In this document: positions 9,210 through 18,962 of the stretch, in pieces
Layout: every line of letters starts with the position of its first letter
Numbering within the stretch: the first letter of the stretch is position 1
Virus record (IMG/VR): IMGVR_UViG_3300028797_000141
Span: 1-64,000 of that record
Length of the DNA stretch: 64,000 nucleotides
Reading direction: 5' to 3' (one strand)
Origin: a virus
Taxonomy: Duplodnaviria; Caudoviricetes
Position numbers and translations under genes: made by a program
Notes under the pieces: generated by a model
The model's database searches: none
What the model was told of the DNA's origin: nothing
What the model saw: the letters and a program-made list of their open reading frames with translations, nothing else

Positions 9210-10133
9210 ATGGCAGATAATAATAGTAAAGCTACAAATGAAATTGCTGTAGTAGAAACAAATAATAAAGTAAGTGCTACAAGCAATCCAACACCAAGTA
9301 GAGTTTTAAATCTTTTTGATGAAAAACAATTAGCTACTGCTGAAATATTTCTCAAAAAGATAATGACAAGTGATAAAGGTGGTATTAAGAGCGTAAATGA
9401 AGGATTAGCTATTCTTATGCGTGCTCAAGATTTGCAACTACCTTTTAGTTCTTGTATAGAACATATACATGTTATTAATGGTAAAACTGGTGTTGATGTT
9501 CATATAATTAGAAGTCTATTACTGAGGGCAGGAGTAACTTGGGAACGTACTAAAGATTATACTCCTCTGTATCAATATACAGACGGTAATATGATTTATA
9601 AAGAAAGTGAACTTCCTGACTACTGCGTTAAGTGTCGAACTGAAAAAGAGGCACAAGACAAGACTACTAATGACGTTGTAGGAGTTTATCCTCTTAAGTT
9701 TTATAAAGATTTAAATAATAATACTTATCATGAATTACAAATTAATGAAAAATGTGTTATAGCATTAAATCCTCAACAAGCAATAAAACTTAAACAAGAA
9801 GGTAAGTTTCCTATAATAAGAATTCCTTCCCCAGCTTATGATTATCAAACTGAATATGAATTTACTAGATATATGATGGTAAATAATACTGAAAGAGTTA
9901 TGAAAGTTAAAGAACGTTTTAATCTTTCAGAAGCTATAGCAGCAGGTTTAGTTGAAAAAGATAATTATAAGAAATATGCTCGAATAATGGTAGCAATAAG
10001 AGCTTTTACACTAGGTGCAAGAGAGATTGCTGATGATGTTATTATGGGCTGTCTAGAATATAGCGAATTAAATGCTATAGAGAAAAAACCTATAGATGAA
10101 CAATACTTTGAAGAAGTAAAAGAAATAATCTAG
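9210..10133 (+). CDS. RecT/Red-beta-like single-strand annealing protein
   Basis: EHIHVINGK and MVAIRAFTLGAREIADDVIMG segments; syntenic position in the crAss replication module. Confidence 0.6.
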   Translation: MADNNSKATNEIAVVETNNKVSATSNPTPSRVLNLFDEKQLATAEIFLKKIMTSDKGGIKSVNEGLAILMRAQDLQLPFSSCIEHIHVINGKTGVDVHIIRSLLLRAGVTWERTKDYTPLYQYTDGNMIYKESELPDYCVKCRTEKEAQDKTTNDVVGVYPLKFYKDLNNNTYHELQINEKCVIALNPQQAIKLKQEGKFPIIRIPSPAYDYQTEYEFTRYMMVNNTERVMKVKERFNLSEAIAAGLVEKDNYKKYARIMVAIRAFTLGAREIADDVIMGCLEYSELNAIEKKPIDEQYFEEVKEII

Positions 10134-10193
10134 AAACTAATTAAAAATTCATTAAAAATCAATTAATTTATTCACATTTAAATTTTATACATT

Positions 10194-10994
10194 ATGGTAC
10201 AAACAAATCAAAAATTACAGTTCGGTCTGAATGCAATTCAGGGTGGTCAAAAATCTACAACTATTAATGCAGAACCGCGTCTTGTGGCTAATAGTACTCA
10301 AGGTAAATTCACTGTTACTTCTCCGGTAAGTAAAGCTTTAAATGTTGCTGTTGGTGAAAACATCATGTTCTTGAATAACATTGCAACTATTGAAGCCGCT
10401 ATTGCACAGAACAATGAAGATTTGGTTGCTTATGCTAACGAAAATGGTATAGATTTGACAACTCAAGCAGGTATTGACCAAGTTGTAGCTGATTTCACAA
10501 TATGGGCTATTGCTAAAGGTACCCTGAAATATGATAGTAAGGGTAATCCTATAATGGCTGCTGAACGTTATAGCAAAGAAGATAAGCTTGCTTTCTTGAA
10601 AGCTAATGCTAAATCTTATGTTGAAGCTAATCGTGAAGCTCTTATGGAACGTATTGGTAATCCAGAGGCTACAGATGAGGAACTTATCGAAGCTATAAAT
10701 GAGAAAGATGTAGAGAATGTTGAATCTCCTAAATATCACGCTGCTGAAGGTAGTAAGACTATGACTACTTCCAATGCTACTGGTGTTGGAGCTCAGCTGA
10801 ACTTTACTGATACTGCTATTTGGACTGCTCTTAAAGCTGACTTAGAGGACAAAGCGAGCAAAAACCGTGTATTTGATGTTGATTTGAAGAATCCTATCAA
10901 TTATCAAGTTCACAATGGTAAAGAACTTGTAGATGTGGTTGCTTATCCTATCAACTTCGTTGAAGATACTGACCCTATTGTTCGCACTAAATAA
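10194..10994 (+). CDS. Probably highly expressed protein of unknown function, possible AbrB-like N-terminal fold
   Basis: Strong gct/ggt/aac/ctg codon usage; own terminator; GKFTVTSPVSKALNVAVGENIMF. Confidence 0.85.
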   Translation: MVQTNQKLQFGLNAIQGGQKSTTINAEPRLVANSTQGKFTVTSPVSKALNVAVGENIMFLNNIATIEAAIAQNNEDLVAYANENGIDLTTQAGIDQVVADFTIWAIAKGTLKYDSKGNPIMAAERYSKEDKLAFLKANAKSYVEANREALMERIGNPEATDEELIEAINEKDVENVESPKYHAAEGSKTMTTSNATGVGAQLNFTDTAIWTALKADLEDKASKNRVFDVDLKNPINYQVHNGKELVDVVAYPINFVEDTDPIVRTK

Positions 10995-11012
10995 GGTTTT
11001 TAGTTCATGATG

Positions 11013-11044
11013 GAGTAGGAGTAGATAATACTCCTACTCTTTTT
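11013..11044 (+). terminator. Rho-independent terminator
   Basis: gagtaggagta-gataa-tactcctactc-ttttt. Confidence 0.9.
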
Positions 11045-11072
11045 GTCTTATCTTAAACTTAATATTAATTTT

Positions 11073-11951
11073 ATGGCAGAAGTAAAGAAAAGAAGAGGTA
11101 TCTCTAACGATACTCAAGCAACAGCTCAGCTTCGTTTCCACGAAAAAGATGCTGCACAAAATGGTCTGTTCATTGGTCATTTAGAAGAAGTAAAAGTTGA
11201 ATGGAGCGTTAATTCTGATGGTAAACAATTTACAGGTATGAATTGTCCTCGTCTTACATTCCATTTTACTAGTAATCATGCTAATGCTAATGAACGTCGT
11301 CATGTTTATCATACTCTGTTTGCTGTAGAAAGCAACGTAAATACAATTCCCGATGGTGTTGAAGCATGGAAAGTTAATAATGTGTTTAATTGGATTAAAC
11401 ATATTCTTGATGTTTTCTATCTTAAAGGAAGAAATCTTACTGAGAAAGAAGAAGAGGCTTTAAGTCTTTCTTTTGAAGATTACGATGAACAAGGACAGTA
11501 TGTTGTAGTAGAACCTGAAGATGTACTTAAAGCTTATGGTGCATTGTTTGCTAATGCAGCTGCTATGCTTAATGGTACTTTTGATTTAGCTGAAGGTGAA
11601 ACTCCTAAACCTTGCTACAAAGACGCTAATGGTAAACCCATTAGTATTTGGATGAAACTTTTACGTCATCGTAAACGTAAAAATGATTGGATTAATGTAG
11701 GTCAGAATGGAGAACTTGGTTTCGACCAATTCATTGGTTCTGGTGCTATTGAAATTCAGAAACCTAATACTTCTCCTACTATACTTCGTATAGATTTAAG
11801 TAAAGAGAGTATTACTCCTAAAGAAACAAAGAAAACTCCAACTGTAGGTCTTCCTATGGGTGGTATAGCCGTTGAAGGATTTAGTGGAGGTATGCCCAAT
11901 ACTGATATGGGTGCTTTCAATAATGCTGGTATAGAAGATTTACCTTTTTGA
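11073..11951 (+). CDS. SSB-like protein (ATG start at 11073)
   Basis: Gly/Pro-rich tail ending in the acidic IEDLPF, typical of SSBs; adjacent to primase. Confidence 0.65.
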   Translation: MAEVKKRRGISNDTQATAQLRFHEKDAAQNGLFIGHLEEVKVEWSVNSDGKQFTGMNCPRLTFHFTSNHANANERRHVYHTLFAVESNVNTIPDGVEAWKVNNVFNWIKHILDVFYLKGRNLTEKEEEALSLSFEDYDEQGQYVVVEPEDVLKAYGALFANAAAMLNGTFDLAEGETPKPCYKDANGKPISIWMKLLRHRKRKNDWINVGQNGELGFDQFIGSGAIEIQKPNTSPTILRIDLSKESITPKETKKTPTVGLPMGGIAVEGFSGGMPNTDMGAFNNAGIEDLPF

Positions 11952-11978
11952 TATTCCATATTTAAATGCTTTTTGATT

Positions 11979-12014
11979 GGGGGTACTACAAGTAAAATTG
12001 TAGTACCCTTTTTT
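11979..12014 (+). terminator. Rho-independent terminator
   Basis: gggtactacaa-gtaaaa-ttgtagtaccc-tttttt. Confidence 0.9.
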
Positions 12015-12027
12015 AATACTTAAAAAT

Positions 12028-13212
12028 ATGCGTAGAAATCCATATACTATTAATCTAACTAAAGATTTTATAGAATCTAAAATTAGTCAAGTAGCTATAA
12101 TGTCTAAATATTTGGGTATTCCTATAGATGTTATTAATTATTGTATAGATACAGGAAGATTAATTAATTCTGTATTTAGAGATGATGACCATAACAATTC
12201 TATGGGATTTGCTATAAATAAAAAAGGAAGACTTAAAGTAAGAGATTTTGGTGGCTTTGGTTTCTTTGAAGATGTATATGGTACAGTTGCATATGTACTC
12301 AGTATGTTGTATGATAGAAACATTAATTGTAATAATAAACAAGACTTCTACTTTATTCTTAAACATATAGCTAGAACATTTTCTAAACAAATAGATAACA
12401 TAGAACAAGATGAAAACTTAGATGAATATATTAAACAGGCAATAGAAAAAGGAAAACATAAACAAAAAATAATAGAAATTGTACCAAGAAGTTGGAACAA
12501 AAAAGATAAAGAGTATTGGAATAGTATAGGTATAAATCTAAACTATCTAAATACTAATTTTGTAATACCTGTAGACCAATATTATATTGATAGAACAGTG
12601 GATTGTGAACCCAAATATTATTATAAAGAAAAAGACCCTTGTTATGCATATATTATTGGTCAAAATAGACAAGGTGTTATGCTAATTAAATTATACTTCC
12701 CCTTTAGAAATAGAAACATTGAACTTAAATTCATTACTAATTGTAATAATCTAGAAGGTATTCTAAATCTAGAATTAGATAATTATGATTATATTCTTAT
12801 TACTAAAAGTAGTAAGGATAGATTAAGTATTGGTAATTGTTTATATAACAATCCTTTCTACGGGGGAGATGATGTCAAACTCAATATAGGAGTTATAAAT
12901 CTTCCAAGTGAAAATTATAGACTTCGTGAAAACGAATATCAATATCTAACAAATAAACTTGCACCTAATGGTAAACTTATAAGTCTATTAGACTTTGATA
13001 GAACCGGAAGACAAGGTGCTAAATATTTATATGAAACATACAATATTCCTTATATCTTTATAACTCGTGGTGAATTTGGTTTACCTAATTATCAAGCTAA
13101 GGATTTTAGTGATTTGTATAAGTATTATAATAAAAATGAAATTATTAACTTTTTAAAAGAAACAATTAGCTATGTTATCAGTACCAATGAAAACACTGAA
13201 AATGCCTATTAG
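12028..13212 (+). CDS. DNA primase (crAss-type, TOPRIM)
   Basis: SVFRDDDHNNSMGF...VRDFG N-terminal domain; ITKSSKD, LLDFDRTGRQG, KDFSD TOPRIM motifs. Confidence 0.85.
   Translation: MRRNPYTINLTKDFIESKISQVAIMSKYLGIPIDVINYCIDTGRLINSVFRDDDHNNSMGFAINKKGRLKVRDFGGFGFFEDVYGTVAYVLSMLYDRNINCNNKQDFYFILKHIARTFSKQIDNIEQDENLDEYIKQAIEKGKHKQKIIEIVPRSWNKKDKEYWNSIGINLNYLNTNFVIPVDQYYIDRTVDCEPKYYYKEKDPCYAYIIGQNRQGVMLIKLYFPFRNRNIELKFITNCNNLEGILNLELDNYDYILITKSSKDRLSIGNCLYNNPFYGGDDVKLNIGVINLPSENYRLRENEYQYLTNKLAPNGKLISLLDFDRTGRQGAKYLYETYNIPYIFITRGEFGLPNYQAKDFSDLYKYYNKNEIINFLKETISYVISTNENTENAY
12851..12867 (-). repeat. Dispersed motif, single copy in the primase CDS
   Basis: atcctttctacggggga, encodes PFYGG. Confidence 0.8.
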
Positions 13213-13768
13213 AAATTGTATGTATCTATTTACTCCTAGTGCTGGATATGATAGAACATATGCGTATGTGATAGGTGTTACAAAAGAACAAGAAGACGAA
13301 TTAGTAGAAAACGGAAAGTTATCTATAACTAAAGGTAATAAAGTCTTTAACATCAATTTAGACCATTGTTTTTGTTATGGAAATATTGATTTTACAACAG
13401 ATAGCAGTGATTTAAATGAAATTGATGAAAGTGGTATGTTTGAAAAGTATGATATGAAGTTTGTTCTATATTCTCATTATGATTATAAAACACATACTTG
13501 TAAGACTCCTTACAAGCGTGCTATGTGGTATGATAGTTGGGATATAAAGAAAATACTTCAGTATATTCATGGTTGTTTAGATAAACCAGAAAGAGTACTT
13601 ATATTCAAAGATACTACTGTTGAAACTAAAAGAATATTTACTACAAATAAACATATTCGTAGTATAAATCCTGAAATCATAACAAAAAGAAAGCTAATGA
13701 AAGCTGTTGAAAATAAGGAAAAACAAAGAATTAGACTTAACAAATTGATATTAAAAATAAAGAAATGA
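13172..13768 (+). CDS. Hypothetical protein, 198 aa
   Basis: ORF coupled to neighbours. Confidence 0.75.
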   Translation: MLSVPMKTLKMPIRNCMYLFTPSAGYDRTYAYVIGVTKEQEDELVENGKLSITKGNKVFNINLDHCFCYGNIDFTTDSSDLNEIDESGMFEKYDMKFVLYSHYDYKTHTCKTPYKRAMWYDSWDIKKILQYIHGCLDKPERVLIFKDTTVETKRIFTTNKHIRSINPEIITKRKLMKAVENKEKQRIRLNKLILKIKK

Positions 13769-14184
13769 ATGACTACTTAATACCTGTTTCTCCTAGTAGT
13801 TTAAAACTAGAAAGAAGTAGAATAAGGTGTATAGGTTTTGGAGAATGGTTTAAAGCCCAAGTAAATACGTTTTTAAATTATTGTAAAGAAAGACCCGAAA
13901 ACTATAGAATATATACTGATAGTTATATGTATAAATCAGAACTATCAATAACTAAAGCATTAGTTGAAGAGTTTTCAGATGATGTTGAAAAAGATTTAAA
14001 TTTATTATCTTTAAGACATCATAATAATTTACAATATGAAAAAGAACATAACTTAGTTTATACTCCTAAACCTAAAAAAGAAAAACCTAAACGTACTAGA
14101 AACAAACAAACTAGTATGGATTTTGACGAACCAAAACCAAAAGTAGTAGATTTAAATTTATTAACAATAAAAATAAAGAAATGA
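13765..14184 (+). CDS. Hypothetical protein, 139 aa
   Basis: ATGA overlaps on both sides. Confidence 0.75.
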   Translation: MNDYLIPVSPSSLKLERSRIRCIGFGEWFKAQVNTFLNYCKERPENYRIYTDSYMYKSELSITKALVEEFSDDVEKDLNLLSLRHHNNLQYEKEHNLVYTPKPKKEKPKRTRNKQTSMDFDEPKPKVVDLNLLTIKIKK

Positions 14185-15383
14185 TAAATACAACATTGTA
14201 TAAAAGAAATGCTAAAGGACAACCTATCTTTTGGCATATAGAAACATATAACGATAATAGAAATATCAGTATACATTCTGGTATTGTTAATAAAAAAGGT
14301 TTAAAAGATAATCTGTTCGCTGAAAAAGATTCTGATAAAGAAGCAATTTCTATGATAAATTCTAAACGTAAAGAAGGTTATAAAGCTTTAGAAGATTTAT
14401 ATGATAATGCTCCACAAACAATAGATTCTACTGAAGAATTATACAAATATCTTGATAATTATTTACCTAAATATAATACTCATGAAGATGGTAAATTTAT
14501 TCCAATGCTTTGTAAAACATTAGAAGATAATAAACCATTTGAAAAAGGTAAATATTTTGGTCAATGGAAAATCAATGGTGAACGTTGTATAATTACAGCT
14601 GTAAAACAAAATGACCTTTTTAGACCTTTTAAATTTCAATATAGAAGTAGAGAAGGTGTAGATTGGACTGATAAACTTTCTTATATGGATGAACTTATTT
14701 ATCCATATTTAGGAAAACAACTCATTGAAATGATGGTAGAAGAAGGAGTAGGTCTTGATGGAGAAATGTATATTCCTAGTTTTAATATAAACGATATAAA
14801 TAGCTTTATTAAAAATACTGCTATTCCTGAACATAAAGAATTACAATTTTGGTTGTATGATTTATGTATGGAAAATATATCTGCTGATGGTAGACAGTCT
14901 ATACTAGATAAAAATGTTCAAACTAAATATGATATATTTATATCTAAGGAAGAACATATAAGAAATCGAGATAGACTTGTATTATTACCATCATATAACG
15001 TAAACGGAATAACTGAAGCTACATTAATTAGAGATAAATTTATAGATGCAGGTTTTGAAGGACTTGTAATACGAAATTCAGCTGCTGAATATCAATTTGG
15101 TGGTAGACGTAATAACTCTATGCTTAAATATAAAAAGAAACTTGACGGTTACTTTGATATTGTAAGTGTAAATAGTGATAAACGTGGACTTCCTGTATTT
15201 ATGCTTAAAAATGATTTAAATGATGAACTATTTCTATGTACTTACAATGCTAGTAAAGAAGAACAATTAGCAAAATTACATTGTAATGTTCTTAAATATA
15301 AAGCATTTGTTGAATATAGAGAACGTTCTGGTGTAAAACAAGTTCCTTTTCATGCTAAAATAATTAAAATGATAGAAATATGA
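14181..15383 (+). CDS. lig: ATP-dependent DNA ligase with an N-terminal WGR-like domain
   Basis: QWKINGERC (motif I, KxNG), LDGEMY, FWLYD, FEGLVIR, LKYKK. Confidence 0.92.
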   Translation: MINTTLYKRNAKGQPIFWHIETYNDNRNISIHSGIVNKKGLKDNLFAEKDSDKEAISMINSKRKEGYKALEDLYDNAPQTIDSTEELYKYLDNYLPKYNTHEDGKFIPMLCKTLEDNKPFEKGKYFGQWKINGERCIITAVKQNDLFRPFKFQYRSREGVDWTDKLSYMDELIYPYLGKQLIEMMVEEGVGLDGEMYIPSFNINDINSFIKNTAIPEHKELQFWLYDLCMENISADGRQSILDKNVQTKYDIFISKEEHIRNRDRLVLLPSYNVNGITEATLIRDKFIDAGFEGLVIRNSAAEYQFGGRRNNSMLKYKKKLDGYFDIVSVNSDKRGLPVFMLKNDLNDELFLCTYNASKEEQLAKLHCNVLKYKAFVEYRERSGVKQVPFHAKIIKMIEI

Positions 15384-15730
15384 TTAAAACAATTTTATCT
15401 ATAATAGGAATAATAGCTATTATTTGGTTTTTATGTGTACATATTGCTAATATAATTCTATATGTTATATATGCATTCACTACTGACATGACTTATGAAT
15501 CACTTGTTAGGAGTACTTCCACATATCCCACAGAATCTGGAGAATGGTATATAATTCCTACAATTAGTATATATAAAAATAATGGTTATTTTACATTTAC
15601 ATTTACATGGTTTAAATGGATATTTAATACAGAATATCATTTTAGAACAGAAGAAGAAGATGACCTTTATAGAAAAGCTTTTCAAGAACTAAAAAGCGAA
15701 GAAGATAATAAAAATAATAAAAAGAAATGA
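15380..15730 (+). CDS. Membrane protein, 116 aa
   Basis: N-terminal hydrophobic segment. Confidence 0.65.
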   Translation: MIKTILSIIGIIAIIWFLCVHIANIILYVIYAFTTDMTYESLVRSTSTYPTESGEWYIIPTISIYKNNGYFTFTFTWFKWIFNTEYHFRTEEEDDLYRKAFQELKSEEDNKNNKKK

Positions 15731-16071
15731 ATTTAAATGCCTATGATAATGCAACAAATAAAGTAGATAAACAAAAAACTTGGATTTATATAAAACAACA
15801 TCAACTTATAAGTAGAGAATTAGTTTATAGACCATATTATAAAATATTAACAAGATTTAATTCTACAACAAATAGTTATCATTACTACATAGCTTTATCC
15901 TCTGATAACATAGGAGGTAGAACTAAACTAGATGACTATGGTAGAATTAAAATAAATCTTCTAGATATATGGTTTAAAACAACTCTCAAAAACTATAAAG
16001 AAGATACTAATATAAATATCAAACTTGTAGAAGAACAAGATGATGGTGAAATATATGAATTAGATATTTAA
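15727..16071 (+). CDS. Hypothetical protein, possible AbrB/MraZ-like motif
   Basis: RTKLDDYGRIKINL; ATGA overlap. Confidence 0.7.
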   Translation: MNLNAYDNATNKVDKQKTWIYIKQHQLISRELVYRPYYKILTRFNSTTNSYHYYIALSSDNIGGRTKLDDYGRIKINLLDIWFKTTLKNYKEDTNINIKLVEEQDDGEIYELDI

Positions 16072-16081
16072 GTTAATAATC

Positions 16082-16140
16082 AATCGCCCGTAGTAGAATA
16101 GCGATGTGTTGAATTTGCATATCTTTCACTACGGGCGATT
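16082..16140. repeat. Inverted pair of the dispersed motif (hairpin 3, CGCCCGTA variant)
   Basis: aatcgcccgtagtagaat...atctttcactacgggcgatt. Confidence 0.8.
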
Positions 16141-16237
16141 TTATATGCCTCTCATTGAAGATTTTCAAAAATAAGTATAACTATACCACTTTAAAATTAT
16201 CGTGGCTTAGAATTGAAAATAAAAAATTGTAGAAAAA

Positions 16238-16269
16238 TTTGATTATTTCAAATTAAATTTGTAAATTTG
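16238..16269 (+). promoter_or_regulatory. Bacteroidota housekeeping-sigma promoter driving the accessory block
   Basis: TTTG (16238), 20-nt spacer, TAAATTTG (16262) followed by CA. Confidence 0.8.
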
Positions 16270-16289
16270 CAAAATAAAACTTAGTAACA

Positions 16290-16784
16290 ATGAAACAAAA
16301 TAAAGAAATAGTAAAAGAGTTCATAAAGTATGATTCTCTTTTAGAAAAATTACAAAAGCTACTTAGACCTGTATATAAAGAAGTTTTAACTCATCATCTT
16401 GAAGAAGAAGATGAATATGTAACTGCATCTGAAGAAGATGCTGAAAATTGGATTGTAAATACAGCCATTTCAATTGTAAAAGATTTTGATAAGTATGTTC
16501 ATGGTGATACTCATATTCCCGGATGTTTAATGAATATAAAAGTTGATTGGAATATAGCCCACAATGAACCTGCTAATAGTGATTGTTTCAAAAAAGCTAT
16601 AGAAGATATAGATTTATATTATGAAAGACTAGAAAATGGTACATTTAATAATTGTGATGATACTATAAAAGCAGACCATGAAACACGTCTTAAAGTATTT
16701 CAAGAATATGCTTTAAGTTGGTTTTTTGAAGCATTTGGAACTTATGGTTTAGAATATAATTTTACTAACTTTATAATGGAATAA
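16290..16784 (+). CDS. Hypothetical acidic protein, 164 aa
   Basis: ORF directly after the promoter. Confidence 0.75.
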   Translation: MKQNKEIVKEFIKYDSLLEKLQKLLRPVYKEVLTHHLEEEDEYVTASEEDAENWIVNTAISIVKDFDKYVHGDTHIPGCLMNIKVDWNIAHNEPANSDCFKKAIEDIDLYYERLENGTFNNCDDTIKADHETRLKVFQEYALSWFFEAFGTYGLEYNFTNFIME

Positions 16785-16787
16785 ATT

Positions 16788-17066
16788 ATGAAAAGAACAT
16801 TAAAGTATTACAAAACACAATTAAAAAATTATATCAATAAACAAATAAAAGAAGGAAATTTTTATATTGATATAATTGAAAAAACAAAAGATAATCTTGG
16901 TTATGTAGATATTACATTACATATAGACGGAGAAGCTTTTAAGATAGGTGTAAATGATGATTATGTATGTGATTTAACTAACGTAGTAGATTTAAAATAT
17001 GATGTTTTAGATGAAGAAACAACAACTATAATAATAAATAAAACAAAGGAATTATTAAATAAATAA
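16788..17066 (+). CDS. Hypothetical protein, 92 aa
   Basis: ORF with a taaattatg leader. Confidence 0.7.
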   Translation: MKRTLKYYKTQLKNYINKQIKEGNFYIDIIEKTKDNLGYVDITLHIDGEAFKIGVNDDYVCDLTNVVDLKYDVLDEETTTIIINKTKELLNK

Positions 17067-17069
17067 ATT

Positions 17070-17498
17070 ATGGAAACTTTTGATTTAGAATATCATAAAT
17101 ATATAAAAGTAGATAAAATACTTAGCTATAAGGTTGAAGCTGAAACAAAAGAAGAAGCTGTAAGAAAGTTAGAAAAAGTATTAGCTGATAATCCAATAGA
17201 TGATAAATATTTTATAGATTGTGATTACAATTGGGACACTGAAGAACAACTAGATGATGAAGACGCAATTCCTGTTATAAGAGAACGTGGTAGTGATGCT
17301 GATTTAAAGAATAAATATGAGTTTAAATATTTATACGTATTTGATTATCCAACAAATACACCTCATTGTATTACTTTAGATTATGAAACCTCATTATTTA
17401 TAAAGAATCATAGTATAGATGAATACTTAATTAATAAAGGATTTAAAGTAAATGATATTTATTGTATGCTAACTAATAAACAAATAAGCAATGATTGA
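17070..17498 (+). CDS. Hypothetical protein, 142 aa
   Basis: ORF with a taaattatg leader. Confidence 0.7.
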   Translation: METFDLEYHKYIKVDKILSYKVEAETKEEAVRKLEKVLADNPIDDKYFIDCDYNWDTEEQLDDEDAIPVIRERGSDADLKNKYEFKYLYVFDYPTNTPHCITLDYETSLFIKNHSIDEYLINKGFKVNDIYCMLTNKQISND

Positions 17499-17865
17499 AA
17501 TAAAAATACAAATAGACGAAAATGTAATATCTAAAGAGGTATTAGCATTTACACAAGAAGCAAAAAACTGTATTCAACTTTATGCTAAAAAGAATCATGA
17601 TTATGGTAATTCTTTTGACAAAGGAATGGATAATATAGGTTTTGCTTATGGAGTTGGAAGAATTTATGACAAATGTAATAGACTTGTAAATCTTTCTAAT
17701 GGAAAAGAATTAGTATGTAAAGATGAATCTATACAAGATACTTTACAAGATTTAGCTTGTTATTCTCTTATGACGCTTTCTTATATAACTAGAGCATTTT
17801 CTGCTACAACTCCTAAATGTAAAGAAACATATGATAATAAGGAAAATAACAGCAATAATAAGTAA
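17491..17865 (+). CDS. Nucleotide modification associated domain 1 (DUF1599-like) protein
   Basis: YAKKNHDYGNSF, RIYDKCNRL, IQDTLQDLACY. Confidence 0.8.
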   Translation: MIEIKIQIDENVISKEVLAFTQEAKNCIQLYAKKNHDYGNSFDKGMDNIGFAYGVGRIYDKCNRLVNLSNGKELVCKDESIQDTLQDLACYSLMTLSYITRAFSATTPKCKETYDNKENNSNNK

Positions 17866-17998
17866 AGTTGAAACTTCAGCTATACTTATGTATGAACCTA
17901 GTACAGACTTCACCCTGATTATAACTAATCAGGGTGAAGTTTATACTAGAGTTAAAGAATATTATGTTGAACAAGATGGAGAAAAATTTGAAATATAA
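17831..17998 (+). CDS. Small ORF, 55 aa, containing a long hairpin
   Basis: MIIRKITAIISKVETSAILMYEPSTDFTLIITNQGEVYTRVKEYYVEQDGEKFEI; TAATG coupling to the next gene. Confidence 0.55.
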   Translation: MIIRKITAIISKVETSAILMYEPSTDFTLIITNQGEVYTRVKEYYVEQDGEKFEI

Positions 17999-18270
17999 TG
18001 TCAAACAAAGAACTAATAGAACGTTGGTTTAAAAATCACGAAGAACTTAAAGTTAAAGGAATATCTACAACAACAGATAAGATATTTTCTTATTCTACTG
18101 TTATTTGTCAATTAATAAACGGTATTTATTATATAAACAAGACATATTATAGTGATGTTACTGTAAGACACCTTAATTATATATTTAATTATCTTGATGG
18201 TAGAAAGAATTGTTGTTATTTAGATAAAATTCCTATTAATACTAAAGATTTAACATCTTATATAAATTAA
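17998..18270 (+). CDS. Hypothetical protein, 90 aa
   Basis: DKIFSYSTVIC...YYSDVTVRH. Confidence 0.7.
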   Translation: MSNKELIERWFKNHEELKVKGISTTTDKIFSYSTVICQLINGIYYINKTYYSDVTVRHLNYIFNYLDGRKNCCYLDKIPINTKDLTSYIN

Positions 18271-18287
18271 ACGAAAGGAGATGAGTA

Positions 18288-18485
18288 ATGAACATTATAA
18301 AAATGACAATATTCGCTGTATTTTTTATACCACTTTTTCTTTTGATTTTGGCGATTGCATTATTAACGTTTCCTATTACTTCTATGCTTTATTATATTTT
18401 TACAGGTGGTATAAGATGGCTTGTTGCCACAGAATATGTTATGGATTTTGCTGATTACCTAAAAGAATATATATTAAAAATATAA
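18288..18485 (+). CDS. Small membrane protein preceded by a canonical Shine-Dalgarno
   Basis: Long hydrophobic segment; AAGGAG at 18275-18280. Confidence 0.6.
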   Translation: MNIIKMTIFAVFFIPLFLLILAIALLTFPITSMLYYIFTGGIRWLVATEYVMDFADYLKEYILKI

Positions 18486-18519
18486 AATAAGTAATAAATA
18501 AAAAATAAGTAATAAATAA
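18484..18519. repeat. Perfect 18-bp tandem duplication
   Basis: aaaataagtaataaataa x2. Confidence 0.85.
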
Positions 18520-18539
18520 AAAATAAAATAATACAAATT

Positions 18540-18950
18540 ATGATACAAGAAGAAAAACAATTATTAGTAAAAGACTTGTCAGCAAGACTACCATGTGGAG
18601 TTTTAGTGCATATTAACGGACTTGTTAATAGTAAACTCACGGGAGTGTATGACGGGAGAGTCTCTACTGATAGAGGAATAAACTATCCAATAACATTAGT
18701 TAAGCCATATTTGCGTCCGATGGAAAGCATGACTGAAGAAGAAAAAGATGAGTTAGAAGAAATAGTAAACCAAGAATTGATAGATTTACGCAATCGTATA
18801 TTATCTGGTCATTATGGTGTCATTAGAGATGGAGATTATCATTTCAATCAAACATTGGAATTAGACTTTCTCATCCGAAATCATTTTGACTATCGTGGAC
18901 TGATACCCAAAGGACTTGCACTACCTGCAAAAGAAAGTATGTATAACTAA
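18540..18950 (+). CDS. Bacteroidota-phage-type conserved hypothetical protein
   Basis: LLVKDLSARLPCGV, VKPYLRPMESMTEEE, FDYRGLIPKGLAL. Confidence 0.8.
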   Translation: MIQEEKQLLVKDLSARLPCGVLVHINGLVNSKLTGVYDGRVSTDRGINYPITLVKPYLRPMESMTEEEKDELEEIVNQELIDLRNRILSGHYGVIRDGDYHFNQTLELDFLIRNHFDYRGLIPKGLALPAKESMYN

Positions 18951-18962
18951 TAACTTGCAAAT

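Noticed and set aside
12697-12715. Further weak motif look-alikes (ttcccctttagaaatagaa here; ccgtagtagcccatagaat at about 1457)
   Set aside because: The core is too degenerate to count without a scored scan.
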